NCBI RefSeq assembly: GCF_009914755.1
Contig: NC_060929.1
Source: the human T2T-CHM13v2.0 reference genome, Homo sapiens
Direction: 5' to 3' (one strand)
DNA: 64,000 nt
Shown here: positions 57,480 to 64,000 of the stretch, piece by piece
How the letters are laid out: each line of letters starts with the position of its first letter
Numbering within the stretch: the first letter of the stretch is position 1
Notes under the pieces: model-generated
Databases searched by the model: none
Seen by the model: only the letters and a program-made list of their open reading frames with translations
What the model was told of the DNA's origin: nothing
Program-made: the position numbers and the translations under genes

Positions 57480-60050
57480 TTCCTCATGTACTTAACCTAT
57501 TTTTATTTTTTCAGTTTGGATACAACCCAAATCCTCTCAAGCCTTTTAAATGCAAAAAAAAAAAATAAATTTAAAGTATATGTAGTTAAAAATACTCATG
57601 TCTTTACCCATTCCTTTGAGAATTTCTGTAGAGGCTTTCTCAAAATGCAGAGAGTGGAGGCAGTCATAACATATGATGCCTGCAGATTGGGGTATCTGTC
57701 ATTTAATCAAGAGAAGAAATAAACATTTTATGTCATTGATTTATCCATTTTAGTTGCTATCATCTTTATAGGTTATGCCCCAATACATGGGCTTTTCTAG
57801 AAAAACTATAGAGAATATGAGAGTTGGGAGGTATTGGAGTCCTCAGGTCTTCAAACCACCTACAGGTTGTGTTCTACTCACTGTATCTCCTTCAAGTTTT
57901 CTCTGCTCAAACAGCTCTCAGAAAATCCACTCTTGTGTCAGCTCTTTCATCTTTGGATCCAAACACTCTTTCACATAGTTCTCATAGTTTCACATAGCTG
58001 TATTCAACTACTGCTTGTTCCCTAAATTTTTTCTTCTCTACTTTCCACAGAGTTCTTCAACCCATAACTTATATAGCACAAGTTCATGTCCACCTTGATT
58101 ACTCTTCTCTGTGCGGCTTATAATATGTAATTGTCCCTCTTGATCTTGGATACCTACAAGTGAGCACAAAAAGTTATTCTCTGGGCTTGCCTTTGAGGAG
58201 GGGACATGGGACTCAAAGGGAATTCCCCTTGAGTTTGATTGTGACATTTCTTAGAGCCATGTAAAGACCTGAGGAATGTTAGCACTGATATCTTTCCAGC
58301 TACATGATATAGATACAAATAAGTCACTAAGAGAAAGTCTTCAGAATTTACCGTCTTCATGGGATTCTCAAAAATTCAGTATTCTTTGAGAATACAGATC
58401 TACTAGTACTAATAGTTTCAGTGCATCTTAAGAGAAATAAGAGATACTTGGGCTTCTGAAGTATCCATTCAAAAAGGATTTACTAATATTAAATGCCTAT
58501 ATAAACTGAGGAGCTGTCAGGTTCTGAAAATATGAAGATCAGTAAAATGTGACTTTAGCCTTGAGGAACTCAGACTAATTGGAAAGACAGCAGTAAACAG
58601 TCAATTATACACAGTGTGATCAGCAGCCTGGTTGAAGACTCTAGAGAGTAGAAAGAAGCACATTGTGGGGTGTCCTCTGCTCCAGTCTTATGTCTGTCAG
58701 CATAGTATTCTCTTAGCTTCTGTATACTGCCTACATTTATGCGCAGTGTGTGTGTAGACATTGCGTGAAAGGGCTTATGTATGCCATCTCCTCTTCATTT
58801 ATGTATATCAGCCTCTTACAGGTTGGTCCTATTATGGACCCCATATTGCAGCTGGGGAAAATGAGAAGAGATTTAAGGTCATAGTAAGTGTTGTATCCAG
58901 AATTCAGACCCAAAATTTTTGCTCTAAACCAGTGCTCTGTATCACCCCTCTCAGAGAAGCCTTTATCTGGAGCAGTGGTTCCCAACCAGGGGTGATTTTA
59001 CCTCCCAAGGGACATTTGGCAATGTCCTCAGACATTTTTAATTGTCAGCACTGGCATCTAGTAGGTCGAGGTCAGCAATGTTGCTAAACATCCTCCAATG
59101 CTCAAGAAAGCTCCTCAGACAAAGAATTATCCAGCCTATGTCAACAGTGCTGAGGTCTAGAAACTGCTCCGGAGCACAGGGACACTCTTTTGTGTCAGCC
59201 TTCAAAACATCTTTTGCAATACTTAGAAACATTTTTTAAAAGAAGAGCATGGGGCAAAAATGCTGGACCAAGCTCATTAATATCTATTGAAGTGTGTTTT
59301 GTCATTTAGTGTCCCTGAATGTTTGGGATAAAGTCCCAAATGTAAAATTGAGAAAATAATGCCTTCTTTGTCTACCTCTGTGGGTTGCAAGGATCTGTGG
59401 AGGCTCTGTAAGAATGTGAGGAGATAACGCATACGAAAGCCTTGGACATGAAACATCATCCAAAACTCTTGGAGTCCTTGGTGTGAAAATATTAATGTGG
59501 GCCACAAGAATTAGATAAAGAAGATCCCACAGCAGGCTTCTTTTTGTTTACCCCGCCTACCTTGTCAGCTTACACCCCCTCTTCCTTCTCTTTATCCTCC
59601 CATTTTTGTAAGCGAGTTTGTTCCTGGTATTTACTGCATGGACTAAGCCATTTTTAGATGTATTTTTTGCTGAATATATACTTTTTTGATTTAGTATTTC
59701 TTGCCATATTACACCAGACTTAAGGCAGCTAATTTAAATTATATTTTTTCTTTATGTACTTTATACAAACATTCATGGATAGGGGGAGATATTTAAATAC
59801 CATGCCTTTCTTCAAAATGAATAACAAGAACATTCAGCCCCCTTCATTCTGCCCTTTCAAGGTCTAACGTACTTGAAGGGGCAATACTTGTAGCATTTGC
59901 CACATAAATGCCAGGTAGTGTCTTTCCACATCGGGGCTCACCATTACCTAGATCTGTAGTTGCCGGCCATGAAGCCAAACAGGTGTGCACCGTGGTCATT
60001 GATGGAACAGATGTAAACTCATAAATTTAGTTTACTGAGGTTTTCGGTGA
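57480..60050 (-). ncRNA. Possible antisense lncRNA from the CpG island (MAST4-AS1-like)
   Basis: Recall that an antisense lncRNA is annotated next to this promoter; a minus-strand AATAAA lies at 57502-57507. Boundaries are inferred, not seen. Confidence 0.35.
58973..59166 (+). mobile_element. MER20 DNA transposon
   Basis: cagtggttcccaaccaggggtgatttt...ggacatttggcaatgtc...aaagaattatccagcc...gaaactg; degenerate TSD atctggag/ctccggag. Confidence 0.88.
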
Positions 60051-60920
60051 GTGTGGCTTCCCGTCCGCGTGCTTTTCCTATACAACCAGCGGCGTCCTGG
60101 CGGAGGAGTCACTGTGGACTTCCCCGGAGCGTTGTCACTGCCATCCCTCCCGCGGTGAATCACAGGTCGGCCTCAGGTGCGCGCAGCACACACCCGGAGC
60201 AGCCGCGGGTTTATTTATTTATTTCCGGGACGGATCCATTCCGGGCTCCGGGGAGGGGGAGCGGCGGCCCAGGCTGCGGGGCTGTCCCGGCACCGGCTGG
60301 GGTCGCGCCGCGGCCGCCTGCTCCCTTTCCCGTGAGCCCCCGCTCCTCAGGCGCGGCCGGGGCTGGTGGGGGGTGGGGGATGCAGGAAAGCTGGGGGCGC
60401 GGCCACCAAGCTGTCCAGGGACAAGGCCCTGCCGCCTCCTCCCAGCCGGACCCTGGAAGGGTCCACAAAGGTGTCAGGTTCAAGTCCTCCAATAGGCCCA
60501 TTTTTTAAAAGTGCTTTTAAGTTTCCGCTTTTTTCAGGAGGGGAGGGCAAGAGCAGCTTTTTCTATTCAAATTCTTTTCCTTGTATGTAGATACCAAAAG
60601 GAAACTCGGCACTGGGCATGTTCGGATGTGAATGGTTTTGCTGATAAGCAACAGCCTCCGGAACCAAAGCCTCAAAATAGTCGTCTCCCCCGCCCCTCGC
60701 AGAAGCGGCGAGTGGTATCTGCCAAACAGATGACAAAGTACCTCCGACTGAATCCCACAGACAGCGCTTTGAGCAGAACGCACGGCTCAACTCATGTAAT
60801 TACTGTTTATAGCTGGCCGAGCCTGACTAGGAGAGGGCAGACCCGAGAGGAAATCAGTTTCCCGGACCTTTGAGAGGAGGCTGTGTGTTAATTAAAGGCT
60901 AGGACGGGACGGGTACTTCT
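60046..60920. promoter_or_regulatory. MAST4: CpG island / alternative promoter of the MDMSDP isoform
   Basis: Sharp rise in GC and CpG density (core ~60060-60450), repeat-free, upstream of an ATG-initiated exon. Confidence 0.85.
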
Positions 60921-61098
60921 CAGACATGCTCCAAGTTGTTCTTGAGATCACAGTTCCCATCACATTTTCTCTGGAGGGAGTGAGTAGATAATTGGGATTT
61001 TTTTTTTTATTTTTGGCCTTGTCTTTCTTCCTTTTTTTTACCTCTCCCCATTTTAGTCATATGGCCTTGAACCCACAGTGAATTGAAGAGAGAAAGAA

Positions 61099-61190
61099 AT
61101 GGATATGTCTGACCCCAATTTTTGGACTGTGCTCTCAAACTTTACTTTGCCTCATTTGAGGAGTGGGAACAGGCTTCGGCGAACACAAAG
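61099..61190 (+). CDS. MAST4: MAST4 alternative first coding exon: MDMSDPNFWTVLSNFTLPHLRSGNRLRRTQ(S)
   Basis: gaaATGG strong Kozak, 30 codons + 2 nt, donor AAG|GTAAAA (phase 2); similar to the MAST1 N-terminus (W-T-x-L-S-N-F...R-R-T-x-S). Confidence 0.9.
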
Positions 61191-64000
61191 GTAAAAACGC
61201 GGGGATCTCTGCCTGGAGAGGGAATGCTTTCACTTCCCAGGGGCCCACAGGCGGAGCTGCCTGAGCCCCTCAGGAGCTGGGGTTTTGTGTATTGGGTGAC
61301 ACTTTGAAAAGTTTATGCCCCGCTAGGGGAGGGGGTACTGTTTCAGGTATTTCTTCGTCCTTGTGGTTTCCTGGGTAACCCTGATAAATGTGCTTCTCAT
61401 AGGTTTTCTCCTTTTGAAATGTGGATAATAAGACATTTCCTTGTGAGAGGTGGGGGAGAAAAAGGGAAAGAGGAGGAGATACTTTGTCTAAGTCTGTCCC
61501 TTTGACCTGATCATGTTTATCCATTTCATTCACCCAGTCATTGAGGCTTCTGGTACTTTTCGTTGAGCCCTTCAGATGTTCCTCTCTATTAAATATTTGA
61601 CCTTTATAAGATGCAGATGTACGATGCAAGGATAGCCCAGGTTAGCTATTTCATACTATCTGTGGAGAGGCAGATCTACATAACTTTGTCATTTTGATTT
61701 TTCAATGGTTTGCTGGCATTTATTACTAATACAGGAGTGTCCTTTTCATTTTGTAACGTATATTTGATAGAAAAGATGGGGAAAGAAAAAGAATTTTAAT
61801 GTCAAGATGAAGCTCATGCCACAAGTGACAGGCAGTTCCAAGAGTTTGCTGACACTTGTGTTGAGAGACTATGACTTTGAAGGAGGCATTTCTCACCACA
61901 TTTGTGTCCAGCACAGAAAAGTAAGATTGTTGTACTTTTAGAGGGGCACACCTTTTGAGTTGTGTTAATACTGATTCTTTGTTTTCCTTCAAAACTTGCC
62001 TTGCATGTACATGTGAACATGCATGAGAGCAACTTTGCAGTCAGATAAACAGGATGCAGGCTATCAGATTTGGAGCTTCACAATCTCTATGCTTCAGTGT
62101 TCAAAGAACCCAAGAAAATGGTTCGTTCTTTTTGGTTATACCTGTAACTTTTTGTAGTATAAATGTGGATATGTGATACTTTAGAAAACTTAGTTTTTCC
62201 TTTTGAAGTTTTTCATGGTTTCTTACATTTCAGAAACATCCTGGAATACTCACATACACTGTTTATATACATGGGTGCACACACAAATCACATGTGCACC
62301 TGTGTGTATGAGAGAGACATCTGGCAGGTTTCAAAGTCATATTTGCTTTTTGATGCAGTTTGAAGTGTTGATACCACTAAACTATGTTGGATTCTGAAGT
62401 TGTACCTTTTAAGTAATGTGACTATGTTTTTCTCGTTCTGCCATATATGGTCAGAGACCCTCTCTTGTAGTATTGCTCATTTTGTAGTATTGCTCATCAA
62501 GTTGTGTCAACCATGCACCAAACCTCCAAGACAACTAATAAAGTTGAAGAGAGATACATGCTACACATGAACTAGGCCACTGCTCAACATGGTGATAATT
62601 CGTATGATTTCTTACCATTTCAGCTGGACAGAATCCCTTAAATATTTCTGAGTTGTGTAGTCCTGGCTGCGGTACAGCCTCTACTCTTACCTGGAACCAG
62701 TTCTTAGGGAGAGAAGTCTGTTCTGGCATCGTATGTGTGTGTCTGAACCCGTAGAGCAGTTGGAGCCTTTCTTCTTCCTACCTACCTGTTGATAGTATTA
62801 TTGGAGAGAGTCAGATGCAGGAGGATTCTCAGGCTGCTCTGAGCCTGGCTTTAGGGCAGTACCTGTCCAGCCTGAACACTCTAATTCAGACAGCTCACAC
62901 TGACAGAGAGCCTAGATTCTAAGGAAACCTGAATTCTTCCCAGTAAAATGGGAGAGCATTGGGTGGGCTGTTTCCACCCCAAGTCATGAAACCGTATCTT
63001 CAATTTGGCAAAATAGAGAGGGAAGGGGATTTTCTTCTCCCCCTTTTAAGAGTAAAGGTTATGACAGCCTGTTTGTTGCTGGAGATTTTCAGGTTTTGCA
63101 GTTTGGAAATAAACATCCCAAAGATCATCTCTACATCCATCGAGTCATTGTCTGTCTCAAAGGGCTAGCATTGCTTTATATTTATTATGTAGATTCAGAA
63201 GGCTAGGTATCCTCATCTCCAGGGCAATGTATGTGGCTATTGCATCCTGTTATTATACAGTGATCAATTCTGGCTCCATGTCCTTCCCTAAGGACATGAA
63301 ACATGTGCTTACATTGTGACTTCTACTTTTGAGATGCCCCTTAACTGTTCTAAATCCTGTTTCCTTTTCCAAGTCTAATGCTGTACCTTACCGGGCTGAG
63401 TAGTTTTTCTCCTTTCCAAAGGACCTTTCTGTTCGCAAGTTGTTCTGTTTTGCCATCCTCGATAAGGGTGTCCCCAGTGTCCAGGTGAGGACACCTTGCT
63501 GTCATCATCAGTCAGATATGCCTTAACCCTTGAGATATCTCTCATTCCCAAACTTAGTTCCTCTCCTGCACACTTGCTGACTTGTGTGACAGATTGTTCA
63601 TTTTGAATATTTTATCCCATCTATTTGTTCTGATTAACATTGTAATCTGGAGGACTTTATCTTAGCTTTTTCTTTAATATCAGCTTCTTGCATCTATCAA
63701 AGTAAAATTCAGCTTTGAGCCTATGAATGAGCATCTTAGAACTCATAAGGATAGAATGTTTGTCACACTTAAACGAGAGCTTGAATGGTTTCAGACTCTT
63801 ACCTTAAACCTTTATTATGGTAGAAATTGTCATCATGGAAACTTTTGGTTTGCTACATTACGTTTGCCTTATAGTTCAATGTGATGCTGGTTTGTTAGTT
63901 TGTACTCTCAGAGAAAAATATTGAAGGTTTTTCTTAAAACCTACAGCCCTACTTGTGCCTGTAACTCTTGGGGTTCCTGAGGAAAGAAGCCTACAGACAT

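Noticed and set aside
60047-60508. 153-aa Pro/Gly/Ala-rich ORF
   Set aside because: Starts at GTG and is explained by stop-codon scarcity in a GC-rich CpG island; no recognisable domain.

Overview
Primate (almost certainly human) genomic DNA, rich in Alu, L1, L2, MIR, MaLR LTR and MER repeats. It is not prokaryotic: there are no operons, CRISPR arrays or long ORFs, and nearly all ORF-track entries are spurious. I recognise the window as part of a large 5' intron region of the kinase gene MAST4 on the + strand. It holds two alternative first coding exons (MKAQRERLQIPGLTL(D) at 15351-15397 and MDMSDPNFWTVLSNFTLPHLRSGNRLRRTQ(S) at 61099-61190, the latter resembling the MAST1 N-terminus). It also holds an 81-nt Ser/Pro-rich cassette exon (19810-19890), a short alternative terminal exon with a poly(A) signal (42545-~42625) and a CpG-island promoter (~60050-60900). 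All the coding modules join in splice phase 2, so they are interchangeable and could build a 56-aa kinase-less microprotein entirely inside this window. Other points of interest are uORFs just before both alternative start codons, a candidate 77-nt 5'UTR mini-intron, a candidate terminal exon at 57515, and two apparently locally templated insertions flanked by direct repeats. Gene identity and repeat subfamily names come from recall, not a database search, and the boundaries of old repeats are approximate.
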